Shown: one piece after another, positions 9,578 to 19,712 of the stretch
How the letters are laid out: each line of letters starts with the position of its first letter
Numbering within the stretch: the first letter of the stretch is position 1
Assembly: GCA_019058365.1 (NCBI GenBank)
Contig: JAHPZE010000020.1
Coordinates: 1 to 64,000, forward strand
Direction of reading: 5' to 3'
DNA from: Promethearchaeota archaeon
GTDB taxonomy: Archaea; Asgardarchaeota; Lokiarchaeia; Sigyniarchaeales; SOKP01
DNA: 64,000 nt
Position numbers and translations under genes: made by a program
Notes under the pieces: model-generated
The model's database searches: none
What the model was told of the DNA's origin: nothing
The model's input: the letters and a program-made list of their open reading frames with translations, nothing else

Positions 9578-11290
9578 GTGAAATGTTATATGAGTAGAAT
9601 TATAACAAAAAAAAGAGTAATTTTGATTTTGTTTTTCCTCTCTGTTTTTATAATTGGAACCGTTTTAATCTTTACAGTCCCTTTTAGTGTTAAAAGCACT
9701 TATGGGCTTACAACGCAAACTTCAGATGGAGTAACGATTTCTTTCAACGTCTTCGAACCACAAGAAAGTCTTTATCAAAAGTATAATGACAACAATCCAA
9801 AAAAAGCCGTTATAATTGGGCATGGTATTATGGCAGACAAGGAAATAATGAAAGGATACGCTATTGAATTGGCTAATGCAGGTTTTATCGCAGTAGTGTT
9901 TGATTTCAGAGGACACGGACAAAGTCTCGGGGAAATCGATCGAGGAGCAATAATTGATGATGTTAGAGCCATTAAAGGTTATTTAAATTCTAGAGATGAT
10001 GTCGACATAAATAATCTTGGATATATAGGATATTCTATGGGGGGCTTCCCAGGAAATCAAATTATTTCAGAAGATACCGATTTTAAGTGTTTCATTGGAA
10101 TTGGAACGGGATTACCTACAGAAGATTATCACCCTGAATATTCAATAAAAGCCAGTTCTAATCGAAGTTTAAATATCCTCATGATTCAAGCTCGATTTGA
10201 CGAAGTGAATACTTTATCAAGCTTAAAAGACGGTATGGCATTAAGACTCAATATGACTCCCGAGGATATCGATGTAAATAAACTCTATGGAAGCTTCCAA
10301 GACGGTAACGCTTCAATGATCTTCCTAGACGATAACACTAATCATTTATTACTCGCTTGGGATCAAGATTTTATAAGAGAAGCTAGAAATTGGGTGATTA
10401 GTACATTTCCAGATGTAAGACAACCCGATGAGAATTTTTATGTTAATATAAGATGTATTATTTTGATAATTCAATTAATTGGTGGTATTGGTTTGTTTTT
10501 TTTAATTATTGATCCTCTTTATGAATTAATTTTGAAAACTAGAAAGGTAAATCGAGAAGACGAAGCAATTTTAAAAATAGATTTGCCTGATGTGTCAATA
10601 ACTAATTTAGCATTACGAACAGTTGCCTATTCTTTAATCCTTGGCTTACCAGGAATACTTATTTTTATGCCTTTATACTTCTTTCCTTTATTTACAGCTG
10701 GAAATGTTTTAATGCTTTTATGCGGTCAAATGTTTGCAATATTAATTTTACTTTGGAGAATTGGGAAAAAAGCTGACACTCCTTTAAAACACATTTTAAT
10801 TGGACCATTTAAGAGTAGAAAGAATTTCATTAACCAAATAATATTAGGAGTAATCTTAACAACCATTTTGTATATAATCATCTATTTATCAATAGGGCTA
10901 AACTATTTTGCTATACTACCATCTCTCACTAAAATAGTATTCATTCCAATTTGTTATGCGATATGTTTCTTTGTCTTTCTCATATATAGCTTACTAAATC
11001 AAACAGTTCTCCAAAATAAAATCAAAGATGGATTTAAAGGACAGATAATAGCGGGATTAATTACTTTTGGGGTACAGATTTTGTATATGATAGTATTTCT
11101 GCTACTTTTTAGCTTTTTATTAGGAAGTTTTTTCAATTTTGGAGTCTACTTGCCTATTACCATACCTACCACTTTATTATTGAGTTTTACCTATGTTGCT
11201 ATATATAAGAAAACAGGAAATATAATCTCAAGTACATTAGTAAACAGTTTTATCGTTACAATGATAATCATTACAGTATCAGTTATTTAA
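9578..11290 (+). CDS. Membrane-anchored alpha/beta hydrolase with a multi-TM C-terminal domain
   Basis: HG oxyanion motif, DFRGHG, GYSMG nucleophile elbow, N-terminal TM anchor, about 8 C-terminal TMs; real start may be ATG 9590. Confidence 0.85.
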   Translation: MKCYMSRIITKKRVILILFFLSVFIIGTVLIFTVPFSVKSTYGLTTQTSDGVTISFNVFEPQESLYQKYNDNNPKKAVIIGHGIMADKEIMKGYAIELANAGFIAVVFDFRGHGQSLGEIDRGAIIDDVRAIKGYLNSRDDVDINNLGYIGYSMGGFPGNQIISEDTDFKCFIGIGTGLPTEDYHPEYSIKASSNRSLNILMIQARFDEVNTLSSLKDGMALRLNMTPEDIDVNKLYGSFQDGNASMIFLDDNTNHLLLAWDQDFIREARNWVISTFPDVRQPDENFYVNIRCIILIIQLIGGIGLFFLIIDPLYELILKTRKVNREDEAILKIDLPDVSITNLALRTVAYSLILGLPGILIFMPLYFFPLFTAGNVLMLLCGQMFAILILLWRIGKKADTPLKHILIGPFKSRKNFINQIILGVILTTILYIIIYLSIGLNYFAILPSLTKIVFIPICYAICFFVFLIYSLLNQTVLQNKIKDGFKGQIIAGLITFGVQILYMIVFLLLFSFLLGSFFNFGVYLPITIPTTLLLSFTYVAIYKKTGNIISSTLVNSFIVTMIIITVSVI

Positions 11291-11358
11291 ATTTCAACTT
11301 CTTATTTTTTTTGCACCCATTATAGAGAATATTTAAAAATAGAAAAATAATAAGACAT

Positions 11359-11733
11359 ATGGAAAATAAAATAATTTTTATTAGATTTACATATTGGTAT
11401 GGTGCAATTCTTGATCTATTAGTTTTCCTTGATATGATCATTTCAGTAATATTTGAATTTTCGGTTTCACTGTCAAATGTAAGTTCAGATATTTCTTATA
11501 AATATCAAACGGGAACTGGATCATTTTTAATGTTAGGATGGACAATTCTCTTATTATGGGCTGATCGTAAACCAATTGAACGTAAAGATATTTTACTTAT
11601 CACAGCAATACCAGTTGTTATTGGTATTACCCTTATAAATATAATTTATACATTTTTTTGGTTTCTTTCCCTAATTACGTTTTTTTTTTTTATTATTGCT
11701 TATTTAATTGCTAGAAAAATCGATTTAAGCTAA
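11359..11733 (+). CDS. Hypothetical 4-TM membrane protein
   Basis: Hydrophobic ORF with MLGWTILLLWADRKPIER motif. Confidence 0.7.
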   Translation: MENKIIFIRFTYWYGAILDLLVFLDMIISVIFEFSVSLSNVSSDISYKYQTGTGSFLMLGWTILLLWADRKPIERKDILLITAIPVVIGITLINIIYTFFWFLSLITFFFFIIAYLIARKIDLS

Positions 11734-11879
11734 ATTTTAAATAATTCTTATGAAAAAATTTAATGAAATTAGACTTTATTTATTTCATCAAATAAGTATT
11801 GAATTAAATTTATATAATAGCTTCGTTTATTCATCCTTAACATTCAATTTATCTTATAAATTAAAAAGTTGAATTAAAA

Positions 11880-12308
11880 ATGAGTGAAAGCAAAAAAAAA
11901 GATTCAAATGAATTATTAAACATTCTGATGATAATTATCGGTATCCTTTTCGTCTTAGTGGGTATAATTAATATCTTAGGTTGGGCGGGGATTAGTGTAG
12001 GATTTGATCTATCGAATCCTGCTATTCAAGCAGCACTTACTATTCTCGGACCTTCAGGTTTAGTTTCTATCGTTCTTGGATTTTGGTGTTTAATCTCAGG
12101 TATTGGCATGTTTCGTGAAGAGGAATATGCTATGGGAATGGGTCTAGTCGTATTAAGTGTTATGGCTGTTCAGACGTTATCAGTAATGTTATCATGGGGC
12201 GGTATTGAATGGTGGTCAAATTGGATTAACTACATCATCTTAGTTGCTTTTATAATTGGAGTGTTAGGATTTTTCTGGTTACTGTTTACTTACAAGAGAT
12301 ATGATTAA
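11880..12308 (+). CDS. Hypothetical 4-TM membrane protein
   Basis: Hydrophobic ORF, upstream TATA-like TTTATATA, downstream T-tract. Confidence 0.7.
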   Translation: MSESKKKDSNELLNILMIIIGILFVLVGIINILGWAGISVGFDLSNPAIQAALTILGPSGLVSIVLGFWCLISGIGMFREEEYAMGMGLVVLSVMAVQTLSVMLSWGGIEWWSNWINYIILVAFIIGVLGFFWLLFTYKRYD

Positions 12309-12455
12309 ATGGGAGTTATTTCTATATTTATTTCTATATTTATAATTATTTACCCTTTTTTTTATTATTCTAACTCTTTTAAATTTTGTAAATAAAATTG
12401 ATAAAAGAGAATTTTTTATAATAACCAAATAATAAATTGTAATTCTTTAAATCCT

Positions 12456-12602
12456 ATGGCAAACTTTTCCAATCGTCAAGTTTTAGGAAGTGTGGGTAAT
12501 CCACGTCTTGGTGGCAACACTGAGATTTTAGTAGATGAAGTGTTATTAGGTGCAGAAAATGCTGGATGTGGACATAATCATGACCATGATCATGAGCACT
12601 AG
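12456..12602 (+). CDS. 48-aa ORF absent from the track: flavodoxin-like (iron-sulfur flavoprotein/FMN reductase) N-terminus joined to a His-rich tail; small protein or deletion remnant
   Basis: MANFSNRQVLGSVGNPRLGGNTEILVDEVLLGAENAGCGHNHDHDHEH*; the first part matches the GSPRxxGNT FMN-phosphate loop pattern. Confidence 0.65.
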   Translation: MANFSNRQVLGSVGNPRLGGNTEILVDEVLLGAENAGCGHNHDHDHEH

Positions 12603-12809
12603 TGCCTTGATAAGATAAAAATCATTAATACATTATTCTTTTTTTGAATTTTATCTTTATTAAAAAAAAAAGCTAAAAAGTAATTTTATTTTTTCATCTA
12701 ATTTTTTTGTGCGTGTTAAATCAAAAGAATAAACTTTTTCTCAATAAATTAAAATTTTAAATCTCATTTTACCAACCATCTTTGGAATAAATAATACAAA
12801 CTTAGGAAA

Positions 12810-14228
12810 ATGGCTAGGGGGATAAATACAAATTCAGAAAAATCATTCAATAGGGTATTTTGGCCCCTTTATATATTAAATGGATTTCAAAGTGTAGCAT
12901 ATGGGGCAATGATTGTACTTGTGGTTCCTCTTGCTCTAATTATTTGGCCAAATGATCCAGCAGATATTCATGCATTGGAAATGGGAATACTCTATACAAC
13001 CTTATCTTGGAGCGGTTCTTTTGCGGGTCTAATTTTTGGTAAACTTATTGATAAATACTCTCGAAAAAAAATTATCATCATTATTTCTCTGTTCAGAGGA
13101 GTTGCAATGTTTTTTTTAGGATTTGCTATTTATGGTGGTGAAGATAAGACATGGTGGTATTTTTTTACTTTCATTGCTCTTTTTGGCTTCTTCGCTGGAG
13201 GTTCATGGCCAGCTATTAATTCATTATCTAATGATGTCGTCCCCCGAGCTTACCGCTCTCGATTTTTTGGTGTATATCAAATTGTACTTAATACAACAAA
13301 TATAATAGGTTGGTTAATAGCTACATTCTTAGTCCAAATTGGGCTTTGGAGATTTTTTTTTTGGGGTATTGGAATATCTATTCTTCTCGGAGGTCTAATT
13401 TTTGCACTCAACAATGAAGAGCCTAAAAGAGGTGCTCAACAAGAAGAATTATTCGATTTACTTCAAGACGATTCCATTGAGTATGATTTTCAGATAGATA
13501 AAGAAATGATGCGGAAAACTATGCTTAGCAGAACTAATATTGTAGCTCTTGTTGAAGGAATTTTTACTTGTATTCTTATGAGTAGTCTCAATTTTTTAAT
13601 TTTAAATTATGTTCAGAATCCTCCTTATAATTTAGCCCCATTTTCAATAGGAGTTTTTATGGTTTTTTTTGGATTAACAGGTGGATTGGTGGGACAAATA
13701 TTTCTATCCAGAGTTAGTGATAAAATAGCCCTAAAAGACCCAGTAAGGAGATTACCAATTATAGTTATTGCTAAAATAGGAGGTTTAATTACTTTCGCTC
13801 TTTTCTTTTTCTTACCTTGGGTTCCATTAAGCCCAGAACTGGGTAAGAATATTGCCTACATTATGACAATACCTACTATGTGGCTGATGGGTGCGTTATT
13901 CTTCACCTCGAGAAGTATCTTTTCTCTTTATATTGTGAATCAAAGTCCGGTAATACAACAGATCAATCTACCTGAAGCACAAGGTCAAATAGTTTCTTGG
14001 AACCAATTCTTAGAACAATTTGGGCGCGGTATTGGCCCCTTATTATGCGGAATTATGTTAGCTTTTACAAGTACAAATTATCAAATAACTGTCTTAATAG
14101 TTTGTTTATGTATTCTGCCTGGAGTAATACTCTGGATTTTAGCAATGAAATGGTTTCCTATGGATAGAGAAAATATAAAAATTATTTTAGCTGATCGCGT
14201 AGAGATTCTAAACTCTAGAAAAAAGTAA
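12810..14228 (+). CDS. MFS transporter
   Basis: 12 TMs; motif A GKLIDKYSRK. Confidence 0.88.
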   Translation: MARGINTNSEKSFNRVFWPLYILNGFQSVAYGAMIVLVVPLALIIWPNDPADIHALEMGILYTTLSWSGSFAGLIFGKLIDKYSRKKIIIIISLFRGVAMFFLGFAIYGGEDKTWWYFFTFIALFGFFAGGSWPAINSLSNDVVPRAYRSRFFGVYQIVLNTTNIIGWLIATFLVQIGLWRFFFWGIGISILLGGLIFALNNEEPKRGAQQEELFDLLQDDSIEYDFQIDKEMMRKTMLSRTNIVALVEGIFTCILMSSLNFLILNYVQNPPYNLAPFSIGVFMVFFGLTGGLVGQIFLSRVSDKIALKDPVRRLPIIVIAKIGGLITFALFFFLPWVPLSPELGKNIAYIMTIPTMWLMGALFFTSRSIFSLYIVNQSPVIQQINLPEAQGQIVSWNQFLEQFGRGIGPLLCGIMLAFTSTNYQITVLIVCLCILPGVILWILAMKWFPMDRENIKIILADRVEILNSRKK

Positions 14229-14367
14229 TATCTTAATTTTAGATAAAAGAAGAAAGTTTATCACGGCTTATACTAGAATTTGAGTTAAAAAAACTGGTTG
14301 ATTTCCTTCCTTCTAAGATCTCAAGGAAGTGTAGTTTTTAAGCTCAAATAATCCATCTATTATAAGT

Positions 14368-14874
14368 TTAATCACTCAGAAAGAAATAATGCGTTTGTTC
14401 ATTTTTACAAGCTATCTGGATAGATTTATCGGAAACCATTTCAGTTAGGATTCTTTTTCCATTGTTCTTTACATATTTCTTGTAATATGAATTTTTAATA
14501 CTATCATCTAATTTATTTAACAAAGCTTCCGCTGTGTATGCTTTCCCTATATTTGTTTTTAAATATTTAGTTAACTTATTTTTAGTAGCTATGTATAATT
14601 CCTTAGTTTTCTCATTATATTTTTTACTGTTTCTTCTAGAATTATTATTTTTAACAAAAATGTAATAAATTAAAATGGTAATTAGTACTAATCCACCAAG
14701 AAATAGCCACCATTGAAGGGGAGGAAAGTATACTAGACTTATAGAAAATAAAGTTAAATCCATTATAATCACAATAATGGATATTAATCCATACGGAACC
14801 GAAACATCCGATTTTAAATATTGATAACTAGATCGCAGATATGGATCAAATCTGGACTTACTATCATCAGACAT
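14368..14874 (-). CDS. Hypothetical protein, two TMs plus a basic C-terminal wHTH-like domain
   Basis: Hydrophobic pair, then YLKTNIGKAYTAEALL...ILTEMV pattern. Confidence 0.6.
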   Translation of the reverse strand: MSDDSKSRFDPYLRSSYQYLKSDVSVPYGLISIIVIIMDLTLFSISLVYFPPLQWWLFLGGLVLITILIYYIFVKNNNSRRNSKKYNEKTKELYIATKNKLTKYLKTNIGKAYTAEALLNKLDDSIKNSYYKKYVKNNGKRILTEMVSDKSIQIACKNEQTHYFFLSD

Positions 14875-15007
14875 TATTTTTCACCTGAAAAAGATAATTA
14901 AATTTCAAAATTTGTATTTCTTTTACATACACAACTTCACATTGTTAATAGACTTCATATCTATAATATCCTATTGGGTTTATAAATATATTTACAATAG
15001 TATATGA

Positions 15008-15340
15008 TTAATTAAAAATGAGCAAATCTTGTTTCTATAAAATATGTGTCCCATTGGTTGAATATCTATTAAAATATATTCATATTAATAAAATGCTTTA
15101 TAAACACCTTCAATTGGAAAGAATCGATCATTTTTTCCGATACATACCACTAATGGATGAGAGAAAGGTGATGCAAATATTTCATACAACTTAATATGAT
15201 TTCTTAAATTCGACACATAATCAGATCCACAGTGCTATATAGCGAGTAAAATTTCTTCTCTTGTCTCAAAATACCCCGAAACTCCAGACATTTTAATTTT
15301 TCAATCTTTTTAGCAGATGATAGCTTTAAATGCTTGAGAT
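15008..15340 (-). pseudogene. Heavily decayed C-terminal fragment of a dienelactone-hydrolase/acetylxylan-esterase-like alpha/beta hydrolase
   Basis: Minus-strand pieces KIKMSGVSGYF...HCGSDYVSNL...HPLVVCIGKNDRFFPIEGVYKAFY...MGHIFY, broken by several stops. Confidence 0.6.
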
Positions 15341-15517
15341 AATATCACTCTAATAGGATATTATTCAAATTATTTGAATTAGGATATATATATTTCTATA
15401 GAGCTTCTAATAAATAATTACCAAAGTCTTAAAAATCTTAAAATTAAATAATTCATAAAATAAAACAAAATCTATTCAAAATCTATTTAAATAGAAAAAA
15501 AAGAGCGAAAAAAAATA

Positions 15518-16294
15518 ATGATATCATTTATTTTACTTGCAATTTTTGGAATTTGGGTTTTAATTAACAGATTTAGTGAAGGTGGTAAAGTTGAAGGACA
15601 TCCACTTGGAATGCCACGAGGGACTGTACGAGGTCTTAGCACTATTCTACTGGTAGCGTTTCCTTTTTGGTATATTTTAAGAGGTGAGGTGATCCCCGGT
15701 TTGATAGTAAATGTGATATTTGTTGTAGTTGCCTTCTATTTTGAGGCAAGAAGAAGTGAGCACGAAAAAATAAAAACTATTGTCGAAGAAATGAAAAAAC
15801 CTGATTTAATTATCCAAGATTCAACAAGAAAAAAGATGCCTTTATATTTGCCTAAATATTCTGTTAGATTTATTTTATTATCTATGTTGATCATAACTTT
15901 AATTGTTCATTATTCCATACGAAAGGTTACCTTTGAAGTTACAAACACTATATTTGATCTACTAATAATTATCATATTATTCATCATTGGTGCTTTTTTT
16001 AGATCTATTGCAAATTCTCGAGAAAAGAAAAGAATGAAAAATCAAATTGTTAATATGGATGCTTCTCTATCAGAAGCTGAAATTATCGAAAAACTATTGT
16101 TAGAAGAAACAAGCTGGTGGAAACGAAAAGGAAGAAATATCCTCTCAGTTGTTATGTTTCTAATAGTAGTAATTTCATTAATTTGTTTTTCCTATGAATG
16201 GGATTTAACAATATTTACCTTACCTGATTATACTTTGACTTTAGTAGGGTTTTTACTATTGCTTATCAACGCATATTACGGTTTCAGAGACTAA
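15518..16294 (+). CDS. Hypothetical membrane protein with internally repeated modules
   Basis: PLGMPRGTVR and PLYLPKYSVR each precede a TM hairpin ending in aromatic-F-x-x-R/S. Confidence 0.7.
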   Translation: MISFILLAIFGIWVLINRFSEGGKVEGHPLGMPRGTVRGLSTILLVAFPFWYILRGEVIPGLIVNVIFVVVAFYFEARRSEHEKIKTIVEEMKKPDLIIQDSTRKKMPLYLPKYSVRFILLSMLIITLIVHYSIRKVTFEVTNTIFDLLIIIILFIIGAFFRSIANSREKKRMKNQIVNMDASLSEAEIIEKLLLEETSWWKRKGRNILSVVMFLIVVISLICFSYEWDLTIFTLPDYTLTLVGFLLLLINAYYGFRD

Positions 16295-16409
16295 AATGTA
16301 TAAAAAATAATTAATAAATTTCTTTGTTTTTTAATTCTTGATTCTACTATTTTACAATCCAATAAAAATATACAAGTTTTATTAATACTATAACACTAAA
16401 GTAATTCAA

Positions 16410-16919
16410 ATGATAACTTTCAAAATAGATGGAAAAGTTTTTGTTTACAGGGTTGCTGGAGTAGCGATTTATGATAATAGATTACTTGTACATAGAAGTA
16501 TCATTGATGATTTCTGGTCATTACCTGGAGGACGATGTGAAATTTTAGAACTTTCTAAAGATGCTCTTATAAGAGAGATGAAAGAAGAAATTGGTATAGA
16601 TATAAAGGTAATTAGACCTCTTTATTTTGTAGAGAATTTCTTTTATTTTAAGGGTAATGATTTTCATGAGATATCTATTTTTTATCTCATGGAATTTCCC
16701 CCAGATTCAAAACTAGTGTTTGAAAATGATACTTTTTATGGAAGAGAAACTGGGTTGGGGTTTGAAAAAGATAAGCTCTATGGAAAAGAACTTGAACTAA
16801 CTTTTAAATGGGTTAACATAAATCAATTAGATGAACTGAGGTTATATCCTTTATTTCTACGTAAGTTTCTGAAAAATATTAAGCCATACCCAGAACATAT
16901 AATAAATCGAGATGATTAG
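16410..16919 (+). CDS. Nudix hydrolase
   Basis: Nudix box GGRCEILELSKDALIREMKEEIG. Confidence 0.9.
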   Translation: MITFKIDGKVFVYRVAGVAIYDNRLLVHRSIIDDFWSLPGGRCEILELSKDALIREMKEEIGIDIKVIRPLYFVENFFYFKGNDFHEISIFYLMEFPPDSKLVFENDTFYGRETGLGFEKDKLYGKELELTFKWVNINQLDELRLYPLFLRKFLKNIKPYPEHIINRDD

Positions 16920-17156
16920 ATTAGAAAATATTTAACAATCAATTTTTATTTCAGCAAATGAAAAATTGCAGATATACACAGTGTTAAGTACTTGTGAAAT
17001 GTGGATAAAATTAACTTAAATAGCGTGCTTGAAATTATGAGTACTTAATATTTCTAAAGTTCTTATTCTTTTATTTTGATTAAAAAAGAATTAATAAAAT
17101 GAAAATTAACTATAATAAGTAACAAATAATTCAACTAATATTGAGATGAATAACTT

Positions 17157-18272
17157 ATGGTCGATGTAAGTATTGTTGAAGATTCTGATATTTATAGAAA
17201 ATTACAAGAACACCTTGATCAAATGCCAATTGGATTCCCTTGCGCTAAATCTGGTTCAGATATTCGAGTTCTCAAGCACCTTTTTACACCTGAAGAAGCG
17301 AAAATTGCTACATTCTTAAGATTTGGGTGGAATAGAGATCTTGAACCATTAGAACATATTTTTGAACGAATAAAAAATACTGGAATTTCCCTAGAAGAAT
17401 TAGAAACCAATTTAGATAATTTAGTCAATAAAGGTTCCATTTTGTCGAAAAGAGAAGGAGATAAGAAATACTATGCTAATGCAATGTTAATTATTGGAAT
17501 GTATGAATTCCAAGTTAATAAACTTACAAAAGAATTTTTAAAAGACTTTAGTGAATACTTGGGTGAAATATGGGGTGCTGAAGCTAATAGAACTGATTAC
17601 CATCAGCTTCGAACAATACCCGTCGAAAAAAGTCTTGATCCAGAGCTTGTAATTGCCCCTTATGATAATATTAGAAAGATCATAGAAGAGTGCGAAGGAC
17701 CCTTCGCAAAAATTAATTGTGTCTGCCGTCAAGAAATGGATATGCACGGAAAAGCATGTAAAATGACTAAACATAGGGACAATTGTCTAGGATTTGGAGA
17801 TTTGATTCAATTGTATATAGATCAGGGATGGGGTACTCAAATTAGTAAAGAAGAAACTCTTAGAATTTTGCGAACAAATCAAGAAGAAGGTCTAATTCTC
17901 CGACCAAGTAATTCTCAAAATGTCGAATTTATTTGCAGCTGTTGCTATTGTTGTGATAGAGGGATCTCAGGATTGTTAAAAGTTCCTAATCCAGCCGATT
18001 TTGTTGTATCTAATTTTTATTCAGAAATAAATCCTGAACTATGTAATGGGTGTGGTTCCTGTGTTGAACGTTGTCAACTTAAAGCAATAACTCTTAATGA
18101 TGATGTATCTTCAATTGATAGAAAAAGATGTATAGGTTGTGGAAATTGTGTTGCTATATGTCCTTCTGATGCAATAATACTCCATAAAAAGGAAGAACAA
18201 TACATTCCTCCTCAAACTATGGATGATCTTTATGATATGATTCTTGAAGAAAAAACTAAACTTAAAGGTTAA
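17157..18272 (+). CDS. 4Fe-4S dicluster protein with an N-terminal wHTH-like region and an extra Cys cluster
   Basis: CNGCGSCVERC and CIGCGNCVAICP ferredoxin motifs, plus CVCR, C and CSCCYCC. Confidence 0.85.
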   Translation: MVDVSIVEDSDIYRKLQEHLDQMPIGFPCAKSGSDIRVLKHLFTPEEAKIATFLRFGWNRDLEPLEHIFERIKNTGISLEELETNLDNLVNKGSILSKREGDKKYYANAMLIIGMYEFQVNKLTKEFLKDFSEYLGEIWGAEANRTDYHQLRTIPVEKSLDPELVIAPYDNIRKIIEECEGPFAKINCVCRQEMDMHGKACKMTKHRDNCLGFGDLIQLYIDQGWGTQISKEETLRILRTNQEEGLILRPSNSQNVEFICSCCYCCDRGISGLLKVPNPADFVVSNFYSEINPELCNGCGSCVERCQLKAITLNDDVSSIDRKRCIGCGNCVAICPSDAIILHKKEEQYIPPQTMDDLYDMILEEKTKLKG

Positions 18273-18344
18273 AAAGAATTAATTCAGTTTATTTTTACTA
18301 TAATATATTATATATTTTAGATTTCTGACTATATATAGTTATTT

Positions 18345-19169
18345 TTATTGATTTACAAGCATTTCTTTCCAAATAAAATGTCGTAAACTTTTACCTTTTA
18401 TCCAATACCATTCAAATAACTCTTTAATCCAGTTTATAAATACTTCATGATTATCAATTAAACATTGACTATAATCAATTTCACCATCTTTATTTAAAAA
18501 GAGTATCGCTCCTTTATCAGAAACAATCAATGAGATTTTAATTTCATCCAAAATTCGAATATTCTCTAACATATCTCTAAAAAATATTTTTGGATCTTTA
18601 AATAATTTTGACCAGCCATCAGGTATATTATAGGATTTTAATAGATTCCTGTCTACTAAAGCTCTTATTTTAATTGATTGGTCTCTCATTTTTTTCTCAG
18701 CTTCCTTCAATAAAGATTTTTGATATTGATCTGTTATAGCATAAAGAAAATTTTCAGAATTTTTTACTAAATTTTCAAATATTTCCATGTTTTCCATAGT
18801 TTTATCCCCAAATTCTATATCTTTTAATTTTCCTAATTGAAATATAAGATGTACAGGAATTGACGTTATGTCATGACTATTTAAGAAATCTCTGTGGTTT
18901 AATGAAACCTCAAAGATATCCATCATTCGTAGGAAAATTTTCCCAACATTAGTTATCCTATACTCATTATTTATATCCTTAATAACTAGATTTTTTTCAT
19001 TTAATCTTTTTATATGGCGAGATACTTCAGATCCGGGAATATTTAAATCTCTTTGGATTTGTTTATGTCTTTTTCCTTCATAATATAAAAATTTGAGTAC
19101 GTTATATCTTTCTTTATTAGAAAATTCAAATAACAAATCATTTATATTCAAGATTAATCCTATTTTCAA
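18345..19169 (-). CDS. Archaeal wHTH transcription regulator (ArsR-type HTH plus effector domain, DUF1724-like)
   Basis: LLFEFSNKERYNVL...EVSRHIKRL...ITNVG, then W..ELFEWYW; divergent from the acyl-CoA operon. Confidence 0.8.
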   Translation of the reverse strand: MKIGLILNINDLLFEFSNKERYNVLKFLYYEGKRHKQIQRDLNIPGSEVSRHIKRLNEKNLVIKDINNEYRITNVGKIFLRMMDIFEVSLNHRDFLNSHDITSIPVHLIFQLGKLKDIEFGDKTMENMEIFENLVKNSENFLYAITDQYQKSLLKEAEKKMRDQSIKIRALVDRNLLKSYNIPDGWSKLFKDPKIFFRDMLENIRILDEIKISLIVSDKGAILFLNKDGEIDYSQCLIDNHEVFINWIKELFEWYWIKGKSLRHFIWKEMLVNQ

Positions 19170-19412
19170 ATTTTTACTTTCTACAATATTATTATTATAA
19201 TTAAAAAGATAATTTAAATCAATTTAAATAATTTAGAAAAAATTAAACTCATTTTAAAAAGGTTTAAAATAGTTATAGGGTTAATTTTTTAACGAATTTA
19301 TGATCAATGTATCAAAGAATTTATATATAATTTCAATAAAAAAATATATTGTCTTAAATCTAAATTTATTAAAAATTTATGGTCAAAAATAAAAAAAAGT
19401 AGGTGTTATGAT

Positions 19413-19712
19413 TTGTATGAAGAATTAGAATTACGAGCATTAAAATTATTAGCGAAAAGTTTCGAATATAATCAAGCTCTACATATGGAAGCCCCTCAAA
19501 TGGCTAAATTACTTGGAGTGAAAAATAAAGACATACAACCAGTATTAAGGGCTTTAGGAGATGCGAACCTCGCAAATCTCTATGAAGAGGGTGATAATAT
19601 CAAGCTAGCAAAAATTTCATGGCAAGGATTAAATGAAATCGGTGATGTAAACCTAAAATATGGAATGGGTAAAGATGCATATAAAAATTACAATGCGGAG
19701 GGATATCGATAA
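19413..19712 (+). CDS. Small winged-helix-like protein, first gene of the acyl-CoA operon
   Basis: AGGTG RBS before TTG; helix-turn-helix/wing pattern; stop abuts the ACAD ATG. Confidence 0.7.
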   Translation: MYEELELRALKLLAKSFEYNQALHMEAPQMAKLLGVKNKDIQPVLRALGDANLANLYEEGDNIKLAKISWQGLNEIGDVNLKYGMGKDAYKNYNAEGYR

